Assembly (NCBI RefSeq): GCF_013365435.1
Contig: NZ_CP046577.1
Location: forward strand, 930,001 to 962,000
Direction of reading: 5' to 3'
Length of the DNA: 32,000 nt
Source: Wolbachia endosymbiont of Litomosoides sigmodontis
GTDB taxonomy: Bacteria > Pseudomonadota > Alphaproteobacteria > Rickettsiales > Anaplasmataceae
The translations under genes and the position numbers were made by a program. The notes under the pieces were generated by a model, which was not told the origin of the DNA, did no database searches, and worked only from the letters and a program-made list of their open reading frames with translations. Below are positions 8,831 to 17,377 of the stretch, one piece after another; position 1 is the stretch's first letter, and every line of letters begins with the position of its first letter.

Positions 8831-9112
8831 TCATCGAGTGCACAAAGGGTTAGTTTTAATAAAATGAGTAATTAAATTGACTATCTTACTACTTAAGTTA
8901 GAAGGAAGATTTATCTTGCAAGTTATGTAGTAATATAATTCATAATCATCAAGATCAACTATTTTCTCATACTCAATTAGTTCATTCAGAGAAAATTTAT
9001 CAAGATATTTCAGTGCAAAGTGCCCTAAAAGAATATTGGTTTCTTTGCAGCCTCTATTCCAGCTTCTATATATCAATTTTTTTCTTAATAAAGAGGCATC
9101 TGTCATTATCAT
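8831..9112 (-). CDS. sdhE: Succinate dehydrogenase flavinylation/assembly factor SdhE (DUF339)
   Basis: 93 aa with 'YRSWNRGCKETNILLGHF' (the RGxxE motif) and an acidic 'DLDDYELYYYI' helix, as in SdhE/SDHAF2 proteins. Confidence 0.75.
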   Translation of the reverse strand: MIMTDASLLRKKLIYRSWNRGCKETNILLGHFALKYLDKFSLNELIEYEKIVDLDDYELYYYITCKINLPSNLSSKIVNLITHFIKTNPLCTR

Positions 9113-9206
9113 TAAGTTTTTTTCAATTAAAAGCTTAAATTAAGCACTTGTCAAGCGAGGCATATTTTAATATACTTAACGCTTGGTTAAGATCTAAAAA
9201 ATACAG

Positions 9207-10331
9207 GTGGAACTAATTTCTAATCTTATCCATCAATTTGGCGATGGAATATACAATCTTTTGTCATTTTCTTTAATCATCTCTGTCGTAGTATTTGTAC
9301 ATGAATATGGACATTACATTGTTGCTAAAGCATACAAGGTTAAAGTCGAGTCTTTTTCTATAGGATTTGGTCCTGAAATTTTTGGTTTTTACGATAAGTC
9401 TGGAACCAGATGGAAATTAAGTACCGTTCCACTTGGCGGCTATGTTAAAATGGTAGGAGACAGCAACGCAGCAAGCGTTCCAATTGATCAACAAGAATTA
9501 ACCAAAGAGGAAAAATCATATTCGCTCCATACAAAACCTCGATATCAAAGAGCAGCAATAGTTTCTGCAGGCCCATTTGCAAATGGGATATTTTCCGTTG
9601 TAGCCTTGACGATATTTTTTAGCACAGTAGGTTATTATCACACTCCACCGATAATTGGAAAGGTGATTGAAGGTAGTGCAGCAAAATATGCTGGCCTATT
9701 ACCAGGCGATACTATTACACAAATCAATGAGTATAAAATAAAATACTTTGAAGATATTTCACGTGTAATGATGTCAAACCCTGAGACAAAAATAGAAATT
9801 AAATATAGTAGAAATAATGAGAAGCTTAGCACTAGCCTTACTCCATCGATAATTGAAGATAAGGATATTTTTGGCAATATAATAGAAAAAAAAACCATAG
9901 GAATTACTTCAATTAATATAAAGGAGTTAAAGCAGTCATCTTTTCTTGGAGCTGTAAGCTTATCAGTAAGCGAAACTTATCATACTATGTACCTAACAAT
10001 CAAAGCTCTTTTTCAAATTATCATTGGTAAGAGAAGTGTAAATGAAATAGGTGGCCCGATAAAAATCGCAAAATATTCAGGGCAATCAGCCAAAAAAGGA
10101 TTTATTATAGTTTTATATTTTATGGCAATTATTTCAGCTAATTTAGCTGCGATTAATTTGCTACCAATCCCACTACTTGATGGTGGACATTTATTTCACT
10201 ACGTTATAGAAGCGCTCATACGCAGAGATTTGAGTTTAAAATATCAAAAATATGCAGCTACTTTTGGTGCTTCCGTTCTACTCTTGCTAATGGCAATCGC
10301 AATCTCAAATGATATAAGGCATCTTTTTTAA
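9207..10331 (+). CDS. rseP: RIP zinc metalloprotease RseP
   Basis: GTG start. Carries the HExxH motif 'VHEYGHYIVA', a central PDZ-like segment ('GSAAKYAGLLPGDTITQING..'), and C-terminal 'NLLPIPLLDGGH'. Confidence 0.92.
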   Translation: MELISNLIHQFGDGIYNLLSFSLIISVVVFVHEYGHYIVAKAYKVKVESFSIGFGPEIFGFYDKSGTRWKLSTVPLGGYVKMVGDSNAASVPIDQQELTKEEKSYSLHTKPRYQRAAIVSAGPFANGIFSVVALTIFFSTVGYYHTPPIIGKVIEGSAAKYAGLLPGDTITQINEYKIKYFEDISRVMMSNPETKIEIKYSRNNEKLSTSLTPSIIEDKDIFGNIIEKKTIGITSINIKELKQSSFLGAVSLSVSETYHTMYLTIKALFQIIIGKRSVNEIGGPIKIAKYSGQSAKKGFIIVLYFMAIISANLAAINLLPIPLLDGGHLFHYVIEALIRRDLSLKYQKYAATFGASVLLLLMAIAISNDIRHLF

Positions 10332-10338
10332 GATCAAT

Positions 10339-12675
10339 ATGAGAAAACTATTTTGTGTACTAATGGTAATTTTTATCTCTTTTCCTACCTTGCTTGCCGC
10401 CTCAGAAAACAATGAAAAAACGCAGATAAAGGATATCAAATGCATTGGTAACAAGCGAGTTGATGATCAAACAATAAAGTTTTACATCAAATTAGAGCCA
10501 GATAGTTATATAAACGATAATGACATAGATTCGATTATAAAAAGCCTATATAAAACAAAGTTATTTGCCAGCGTCCATGCTTATATCGATAATGAAAAAA
10601 AACTAGTAATAAAAGTACAAGAAAATCCATTGATTAATAAGGTAATATTAAAAGGCAATAAACAATTTAAAAGCAAAGAATTGCTAAATAACGTAATCCA
10701 ATCAAAACCTTTAACTATTTTCACTGAGACAAAATTGCAAAGTGATTTAGTGAATTTAGTCACTCTCTACAGGCATAATGGTAAGATTAGTGTTAAAATT
10801 GAATATGAGCTGAATAAGCTTAATGGTAATAGGGTTAATTTAACCTTTAAAGTAAAGGAAGGTAAAACCTCTAGAGTTAAGAGTGTGAAATTTATAGGTA
10901 GTAAAAACTTTTCTGAAAATGAGCTAGAGCAAGCTATTAAAATGCAAAGTAATGATATATTTAATAAATTATTTAGAGCCATTTTTAAAAGTGGAAATCA
11001 TTATTCGCCACAGTATTTGTTAATTAATGAAGAATTACTTAATCGCTTTTATTCATCTAAGGGTTATATCAACAATAGTATTCAGCCAATTGCTGAGATT
11101 GATAATAATAATCAAATAGAGTTAACTTTTTTGATTGATGAAGGACAACAATATTTGTTTGGAAATAATGAAGTTAATATTGAAGCTGAAATTCAAGATC
11201 CAGACCTAAAAAAGAAAGTATTGGAATTGATAATTAAAAAAGACAATACAGTATTTGATATGGTTAAAGTGAAAAATGTGGCGGAAAAGATAAACAAGTA
11301 TCTAAACGAGATAGGATATATATTTGCAAAAGTTGATCCAGAATATGTACAGCACGATAATGTTGTAGATGTAACCTATAGAGTGCTGCCAGGTAAAAAG
11401 ATTTATATAAATCAAATTACAATCGACGGTAATAATCGTACTTTAGACAAAGTAATCAGAAGCAAGCTAAGTGTAGCAGAAGGTGATGCCTATAATACAT
11501 CTGAAATTCAAAAATCACATAGAAGACTAATCGGTAGTGATTTTTTTGAAACAGTAAAGATAAATAATTATACAATTAATGATAGCGCAGTAAATCTTAA
11601 TGTAAATGTTAAAGAAAAAAGCACCACCTTGTTGTATTTAGGAGGAGGTATATCTTTTCCTGGTGGAGCATTTATAAAAACTGATTTCAAAGACCGTAAT
11701 TTATTTGGTACTGGAAAAGAGCTCTCTTTTGCTCTTGAAAAAAGTCAATATGTATTTTCTACCAACGTGGAAGTTGTTGAAAATAATTTTAATGATTCTG
11801 ATACATCATTAGGTATAGATGTATTTTATGAAAGGCAAGATAAACCAAACACTACTTTTGATAGCTATGATTGGGGAGGAACAACACAATTATCACATAA
11901 AATTATAGAAAACTTAACTAATTCTATTCGTTATTCTTATAAGTATAACCATATACACATGGACAATAATGGTGAAAAAGATGAAGATATCTCTGAAATA
12001 ATACGAAGTCAACAAGGTGAATACCAAATTTCATCAATAGGATACACATTAACATATAATAAACTGGACAATTTTTATGCTCCAAAAGATGGGTATTTAT
12101 TACGCTTAAGCCAGGATATCTCTGGACTTGGAGGAAATATGAATTTTCTAAAATCTGAATTCTTATCTTTTTATACGCATCCTATATTAAGTAGGATTGA
12201 CGATGATATAATACTGCGTTTTAAAATGGCAGCAGGTTATATTTTTTCCTACTCTGATAAAGAGCTAAACATTGGCCAGCGCTTTTTTAAAGGCGGTAAT
12301 GAAATTAGGGGGTTTGACCTCTCTGGTATTGGGCCAAGAGCAAAAGATAAAAATAAAAGTTCGTTAGGAGGCAAAACTTATTTTAACCTAACACAACAAG
12401 TGGACTTTCCTCTACCAAAATTATACAATTACACCGGTATTAAAGGCTCATTATTTCTTGACTATGCAACGCTTTTCGGCTTAGATATTAAAAAGGAGTA
12501 TGAGGGGAAATATCACGATAGTAAGCTTGTGAGAGTTTCATCAGGCCTTGGATTTTCAATGCCTTCTCCTTTTGGTGGCAGACTTAGGTTAGATTTTGGA
12601 TTTCCTTTAGCTAAGGAACCTTATGATATAATACCACCATCAAATATTAAATTTTCTATTGAAGTCGGGATTTAA
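10339..12675 (+). CDS. bamA: Outer membrane protein assembly factor BamA
   Basis: 778 aa with a signal peptide, repeated POTRA-like units and a C-terminal beta-barrel with 'RGF' and a terminal aromatic-rich strand. It sits in the canonical position between rseP and skp. Confidence 0.95.
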   Translation: MRKLFCVLMVIFISFPTLLAASENNEKTQIKDIKCIGNKRVDDQTIKFYIKLEPDSYINDNDIDSIIKSLYKTKLFASVHAYIDNEKKLVIKVQENPLINKVILKGNKQFKSKELLNNVIQSKPLTIFTETKLQSDLVNLVTLYRHNGKISVKIEYELNKLNGNRVNLTFKVKEGKTSRVKSVKFIGSKNFSENELEQAIKMQSNDIFNKLFRAIFKSGNHYSPQYLLINEELLNRFYSSKGYINNSIQPIAEIDNNNQIELTFLIDEGQQYLFGNNEVNIEAEIQDPDLKKKVLELIIKKDNTVFDMVKVKNVAEKINKYLNEIGYIFAKVDPEYVQHDNVVDVTYRVLPGKKIYINQITIDGNNRTLDKVIRSKLSVAEGDAYNTSEIQKSHRRLIGSDFFETVKINNYTINDSAVNLNVNVKEKSTTLLYLGGGISFPGGAFIKTDFKDRNLFGTGKELSFALEKSQYVFSTNVEVVENNFNDSDTSLGIDVFYERQDKPNTTFDSYDWGGTTQLSHKIIENLTNSIRYSYKYNHIHMDNNGEKDEDISEIIRSQQGEYQISSIGYTLTYNKLDNFYAPKDGYLLRLSQDISGLGGNMNFLKSEFLSFYTHPILSRIDDDIILRFKMAAGYIFSYSDKELNIGQRFFKGGNEIRGFDLSGIGPRAKDKNKSSLGGKTYFNLTQQVDFPLPKLYNYTGIKGSLFLDYATLFGLDIKKEYEGKYHDSKLVRVSSGLGFSMPSPFGGRLRLDFGFPLAKEPYDIIPPSNIKFSIEVGI

Positions 12676-13236
12676 ATGAAATATATACAATTATTTATAT
12701 CAGTTATTGCATTAATTATTTCCTTGTTTACAGGTTATAAGGTTGTAAAACCCCAACATCATGGTGCACTCAACATAAAAGTCGCAATTATTGATAGTGA
12801 CAAAGTTATCAATGAATCTCTTACTTTGCACAATATACAACAGCAAATAAAAGAGCAAAACTCTAAGCTGCAGCAGGAGTTCGAAAATGAGCTAGATAAA
12901 CTTAAGCCTTCCAAAGAAGAACTTGAACTCTTGTCAGAAGAAGCAAAAAAAGAAAGGGCTGAGCAATTTAACAAGCTAGCTTTAAGTGCTAGAGATAATT
13001 ACAATGAAAAAATGTCATACTTAGAAGAAAATTATAAAGATGCAGTAGATAGTGTATTTAACAAGGTAAAAAAAATTGCTAAAAAAACGGCAAAAAAAAA
13101 CAACATAGGCTTGGTATTATTTATTTCAAAGAAAAATCAAGTTTTATACTCTATGGATGAAATTGATTTATCAGATATAGTATTAAAAAATATAAATGAG
13201 GAAACACCAGAATTTATTTTAAAAGGCATTAACTAG
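12676..13236 (+). CDS. skp: OmpH/Skp-family periplasmic chaperone
   Basis: 186 aa with an N-terminal hydrophobic anchor or signal and a long K/E-rich coiled-coil body. Its ATG follows the bamA stop directly. Confidence 0.75.
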   Translation: MKYIQLFISVIALIISLFTGYKVVKPQHHGALNIKVAIIDSDKVINESLTLHNIQQQIKEQNSKLQQEFENELDKLKPSKEELELLSEEAKKERAEQFNKLALSARDNYNEKMSYLEENYKDAVDSVFNKVKKIAKKTAKKNNIGLVLFISKKNQVLYSMDEIDLSDIVLKNINEETPEFILKGIN

Positions 13237-13256
13237 GGCTTAATTCAAGGGGTATC

Positions 13257-13712
13257 ATGCAGTGTAATATTAGTGATATTATAAAAATACTACCACATTC
13301 TTATCCATTTCTCTTGGTAGATAGAGTGATAGAATGTGATCCAGGTAAAAGTATAAAAGCAATTAAAAATGTAACCTTCAATGAGCCGTTTTTTATTGGC
13401 CACTTCCCCAGTTATCCAATAATGCCAGGAGCTTTAATAGTTGAAGCTTTGGCCCAAGCATCCGCAATATGCATTCTTAGCAGAGGCAACAAAAGTATTG
13501 CGGAAAATAAAGTTGTTTACCTTATGTCCATTAAAAATGCAAAATTCAGAAAGCCAGTTACTCCGGGAGATACATTGATACTTCAAGCTGATTTTAAAAA
13601 TGCGCGTTTAAGTGTATGTAAATTTGAGTGTTTTGCATATGTTGGCAAAGAAAAAGTTGCAGAAGCAACAATTTTAGCTATGCTGCAAAACATACAAAAC
13701 CTTTATCTGTAA
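13257..13712 (+). CDS. fabZ: 3-hydroxyacyl-ACP dehydratase FabZ
   Basis: 151 aa with 'LPHSYPFLLVDRV' and 'FFIGHFPSYPIMPGALIVEALAQ' (FabZ hot-dog active-site region). Confidence 0.95.
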   Translation: MQCNISDIIKILPHSYPFLLVDRVIECDPGKSIKAIKNVTFNEPFFIGHFPSYPIMPGALIVEALAQASAICILSRGNKSIAENKVVYLMSIKNAKFRKPVTPGDTLILQADFKNARLSVCKFECFAYVGKEKVAEATILAMLQNIQNLYL

Positions 13713-13741
13713 AAAACAGCGTATCTACTGTATAATAAGCA

Positions 13742-16700
13742 ATGCTACTGGATTTTAATACCTCATTTTCGAATTTATACACCCGCAATGGATTGATAAA
13801 ATTAGACGAGGCATTTTTAGATTATATTAAATCATGCGATGAAGATTTATTTTGCTCATTGATTAAAGCAAGAGAAGAAACAGCCCATGCAAGGTCATCT
13901 CAGCACTGGACATCAGAATTTAAAAAAAAAGAACCAGTGTTAAGCAAAAAAAAAACAGCTTTTCCGTTGGAGCCATCCCAGGGCACAATACTGGAATCCG
14001 AAAAATACTCAATGTTAACTAATCAAATGACAGATAGCCAATTGATTATAGATCTTGCATACTTACTCGATGAGTTTATCGCAAAACTTTTCAACATTAA
14101 AAAAGAAATAGAAGAGTTAAAAAAAAAGCATAACGACTTCGCTATAATATACAAATGCAAAAGGTTATTTATTCAACGCTATGCATTGAAGAAATACACC
14201 GATACAACGAATATAGACATTGATCATGTTACTAGTAAACTAAATCTCTTTCTTGCATTACCAACAACAGAAAAAAAATTTGCTGAGCAGGTAATGAACT
14301 GGTTTGAAGATAGAGAAAATCATAAAGATGAAATAGAACTCGCAGCACAATATGCAGTATGGAAAGTGACAAATAAACAAAGTACATTCTTTAGCATTCA
14401 CAGAAAAATTGACCACGAAAATCTCATATCACTTTCTAAAAAAGAAGTGGACAAAGTTGAAGTGTTGTATTCAAACGAAATAAAAAGACGATATGGCTTT
14501 GACTTAACAAGTGAAAAGGTAAGTTTAGATAAAGCATTAGATAATGCTCACTATTGCATATTTTGTCATAAGCAAAATAAGGATAGCTGTTCAAAGGGGT
14601 TATTGGAAGCTCCGATATCATCCTGGCGCGTGATGCAAGAATCCCAAAAAAAAGAAGAATGGATCTCAGTATCAAGCACTAGGATGACAGGAGAATACAT
14701 TCCTCTGTCAGAGGAATGCATAAAAAGTCCACTGAATAACTACAATACTTTTAAAAGATCCTTACTAGAAGTTGAATTGCACGGTTGTCCACTGGAACAG
14801 AAAATATCAGAAATGAATCTAGTAAAAAGCGAAGGGTACAACATAGCAAGCCTTGCAATTGTGATGATAGATAACCCGCTGTGTGCAGCTACCGGACATA
14901 GAATATGCAATGACTGCATGAATTCGTGCATATATCAAAAACAAGAGCCTGTGAATGTACCAATGATTGAAACAAGAATTTTAGATGATGTGCTTAGTTT
15001 GCCGTACGGATTTGAAATATATTCTCTACTTAGCCGTTGGAACCCTTTAAATTTTCACCGGCCATTACCAAAAGAAAATACTGGAAAAAACGTCCTAGTT
15101 GTTGGACTTGGTCCAGCAGGCTTTAATTTAGCTCATCATTTATTAAACGATGGACACAATGTTATCGCCATTGATGGATTAAAAATAGAGCCTTTAATCG
15201 ATGATTTTCAGCCGATTAAATATTTTAAACATGAAAAATTAAGTGAACGCATAGCCGGTGGGTTCGGTGGAGTGGCAGAATACGGCATCACTTCTAGGTG
15301 GAATAAAAACTATTTAAAGATCATTAGATTATTACTGGAAAGACGTGAGAATTTTGCAATCTACGGAGGCATTCGCTTCTGTGGCACAGTAACCGTTGAT
15401 GATGCGTTCAATTTAGGTTTTGATCACATAGCCTTAGCACTTGGTTCTGGCAAATCACGAATAATAAAAATAAAGAATATACTAGCTCGCGGAGTGCGTA
15501 TAGCTTCTGATTTTCTGATGTCACTACAACTTACCGGTGTTCTCAAATTTAATTCTGTAGCAAACCTACAAATACGTATGCCGATAGTTGTCATAGGCGC
15601 AGGACTCACTGCAATTGACACTGCAACTGAAGCTTTAGCGTATTATCCAATTCAAGCAGAAAAATTTCTCCTCCGTTATGAAGTATTAGTCAATAAATAT
15701 GGAAAAGATTATGTTGAACAAGATTGGACAGAAGAAGAACACGAAATTGCGGATGAGTTTATATCGCATGCGCAGCTGATTCGCAAAGAGAAAGAACTGG
15801 CAAAAAAAGAGAATAGAGAAGCAAGAATATCAGAGCTAATGCAAAGCTTGGGGGGAGTAAAAATTATATACAGAAAAGAGCTAAAAGATTCACCAAGTTA
15901 CCGATTAAATAGCAAAGAGGTGCAAAATGCATTGTCAGAAGGAATCTACTTCATCGAAAACTTAGAGCCAGTTGAAATCTTGACAGATAAATATAGCCAT
16001 ACTGAGTCGATAAAACTGATCAACACAAAATCTCGCGAAATTAAGTATATCAAAGCACGCTCTATCCTTATAGCAGCAGGCACTGAGCCAAATACAGTTA
16101 TTGCAACAGAAGATAAAAAACATTTTAAATTAAGCAATGGGTATTTCACCCACCTAAACTCATTAGGAGAAGAAGTGGATCCAATATTCTCCCCTAAAAT
16201 GCAAAATAAAGATAGAATACTAGTATATAAACAAGGTGATAGAACAATTAGTTTTTTTGGCGATCTTCACCCCTCATATAGGGGCAGTGTTGTGAAAGCT
16301 ATGGCAAGTGCCAAAAACGGTTACCCCATTATTTCCCAGCTTTTGAGTAGAGTTAACACCACTACTGTCATTCCAATATCTTTTCCTATCACCTTAGTAC
16401 TTAATACTGAAATCTCAGCGCTACACACACAACTATATGAATATTGTGATATAAGAGTAACTTTCATCACAAAGGATATCATCCCAACACTAAACACAGA
16501 CGTACAAACACCATGGCTTAAGAGTAAGCTTTACCAGAAAGAATATTACCCCAATGCTTCTTTCCTATCATCCCAGCACGTGGCACTGAAACCTAGCAAA
16601 ATCAATTATAAGCAAGTGCATTATACAACATTTCCTGTAAAATTACCAAAGAACTGGATCTCAGTGCCACGTGCTAGGATGACATCAATTCACCGGACTA

Positions 16701-17056
16701 ATGAAGAATTCTTTAATAAGATTAAAGAACAATTCACTGCGAAAGTAGTAAAAGTCCAATATTTAACAGACAAAGTTGTAGAAGTAGTAATTAAAGCACC
16801 ACTTGCTGCAAAAAATTTTCAGCCTGGCCAATTCTTTAGGCTACAAAATTTTGAAACCAACAGTAGAAAAATCAATAATACAACTTTTGCTATGGAAGGT
16901 ATAGCTGTAACCGGCACTGAAGTAGATAAAAAAAAAGGACTTATTTCTATCATTGTGCTAGAAATCGGAGGTTCTACTAACTTATGCAGATTCTTAAGAG
17001 AAGGTGAGCAGATTATTCTTATGGGCCCAACTGGTAAGCCTACTGAGGTTTATTAA
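13742..17056 (+). CDS. Large multidomain oxidoreductase: Cys-rich region, GltD-like FAD/NAD(P)-binding domains and the start of an FNR/PyrK-like domain; probably 3'-truncated
   Basis: 1104 aa. Cys clusters are 'HYCIFCHKQNKDSC' and 'CAATGHRICNDCMNSC'. Rossmann motifs are 'VLVVGLGPAGFNLAHHL' and 'VVIGAGLTAIDTATEA'. The C-terminal beta-barrel is 'FQPGQFFRLQNFE...ILMGPTGKP', after which the ORF stops. It contains several in-frame palindromic-element insertions. Confidence 0.8.
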   Translation: MLLDFNTSFSNLYTRNGLIKLDEAFLDYIKSCDEDLFCSLIKAREETAHARSSQHWTSEFKKKEPVLSKKKTAFPLEPSQGTILESEKYSMLTNQMTDSQLIIDLAYLLDEFIAKLFNIKKEIEELKKKHNDFAIIYKCKRLFIQRYALKKYTDTTNIDIDHVTSKLNLFLALPTTEKKFAEQVMNWFEDRENHKDEIELAAQYAVWKVTNKQSTFFSIHRKIDHENLISLSKKEVDKVEVLYSNEIKRRYGFDLTSEKVSLDKALDNAHYCIFCHKQNKDSCSKGLLEAPISSWRVMQESQKKEEWISVSSTRMTGEYIPLSEECIKSPLNNYNTFKRSLLEVELHGCPLEQKISEMNLVKSEGYNIASLAIVMIDNPLCAATGHRICNDCMNSCIYQKQEPVNVPMIETRILDDVLSLPYGFEIYSLLSRWNPLNFHRPLPKENTGKNVLVVGLGPAGFNLAHHLLNDGHNVIAIDGLKIEPLIDDFQPIKYFKHEKLSERIAGGFGGVAEYGITSRWNKNYLKIIRLLLERRENFAIYGGIRFCGTVTVDDAFNLGFDHIALALGSGKSRIIKIKNILARGVRIASDFLMSLQLTGVLKFNSVANLQIRMPIVVIGAGLTAIDTATEALAYYPIQAEKFLLRYEVLVNKYGKDYVEQDWTEEEHEIADEFISHAQLIRKEKELAKKENREARISELMQSLGGVKIIYRKELKDSPSYRLNSKEVQNALSEGIYFIENLEPVEILTDKYSHTESIKLINTKSREIKYIKARSILIAAGTEPNTVIATEDKKHFKLSNGYFTHLNSLGEEVDPIFSPKMQNKDRILVYKQGDRTISFFGDLHPSYRGSVVKAMASAKNGYPIISQLLSRVNTTTVIPISFPITLVLNTEISALHTQLYEYCDIRVTFITKDIIPTLNTDVQTPWLKSKLYQKEYYPNASFLSSQHVALKPSKINYKQVHYTTFPVKLPKNWISVPRARMTSIHRTNEEFFNKIKEQFTAKVVKVQYLTDKVVEVVIKAPLAAKNFQPGQFFRLQNFETNSRKINNTTFAMEGIAVTGTEVDKKKGLISIIVLEIGGSTNLCRFLREGEQIILMGPTGKPTEVY
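13895..14032 (+). repeat. Degenerate palindromic-element sequence inside the oxidoreductase CDS (at least two arm-like copies)
   Basis: The arm-like motifs TCATCTCAGCACTGGACATCAGA (13895-13917) and CCATCCCAGGGCACAATACTGGA (13973-13995) resemble the arms of the elements at 14618 and 16568. An A-run plus 'GAACCAGTGTTAAGC' resembles a truncated right half. The encoded peptide is 'SSQHWTSEFKKKEPVLSKKK..EPSQGTILES'. Confidence 0.45.
14618..14689 (+). repeat. ~72-bp palindromic element inserted in frame in the oxidoreductase CDS
   Basis: The left arm TCATCCTGGCGCGTGATGC and right arm TCAGTATCAAGCACTAGGATGACA are imperfect reverse complements. The centre is AAAAAAAAGAAGAATGGATC. It encodes 'SSWRVMQESQKKEEWISVSSTRMT'. 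The right half is homologous to those ending at 16683 and 24295. Confidence 0.8.
16367..16683 (+). repeat. Cluster of about three tandem palindromic elements in frame in the oxidoreductase CDS
   Basis: The best copy is 16568-16683: arms TCATCCCAGCACGTGGCACTGA and TCAGTGCCACGTGCTAGGATGA are 21/22 complementary. Further arm-like copies are GTCATTCCAATATC (16367-16380, with a degenerate partner near 16414-16445) and ATCATCCCAACACTAAACAC (16478-16497). Confidence 0.7.
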
Positions 17057-17163
17057 GTCTGTTCCAGACTGATTGTGCTATAATGTATAGCATACATTAA
17101 TAAATCCACGCTATAATAGCCCTTTTTATTAAGGCAGTATTATAACATATCATTTAACACTTA

Positions 17164-17372
17164 CCTTTCCAAAGGAATAATATTCTATAAATAAGAACAG
17201 TAATAAATTTATAGCAAAAAATGAAGAAGGTAATAGATTTTATATTACTACAGATAATGTTAAAAAGGAAAATTTTCTTTTTGTAAAGATGACAGTAGTG
17301 AATGCAAGTTTACACAACACTATGCAATTAAAGATCCAAAAATATGTAACAAGCTTTCGATATTGACAGTGC
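17164..17372 (+). mobile_element. Probable highly degenerate IS630-family left-end fragment (B-type) abutting copy D
   Basis: Patchy similarity to fragment B' (e.g. 'CAAAAATATGT..ATTGAC', 'AAAAAATG..GAAGAAGGT', terminal 'TA CCTTTCCAAAGGAATAAT'), in the same position relative to a full copy as B and B'. The alignment was done by eye only. Confidence 0.35.
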
Positions 17373-17377
17373 TGATA

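Noticed and set aside
17057-17094. Two small hairpins after the oxidoreductase stop (GTCTG-TTC-CAGAC; TGTGCTATA-ATG-TATAGCATA), considered as terminators.
   Set aside because: The loops are 3 nt, the stems are short and there is no U-tract. They are mentioned only as context for the truncation finding.
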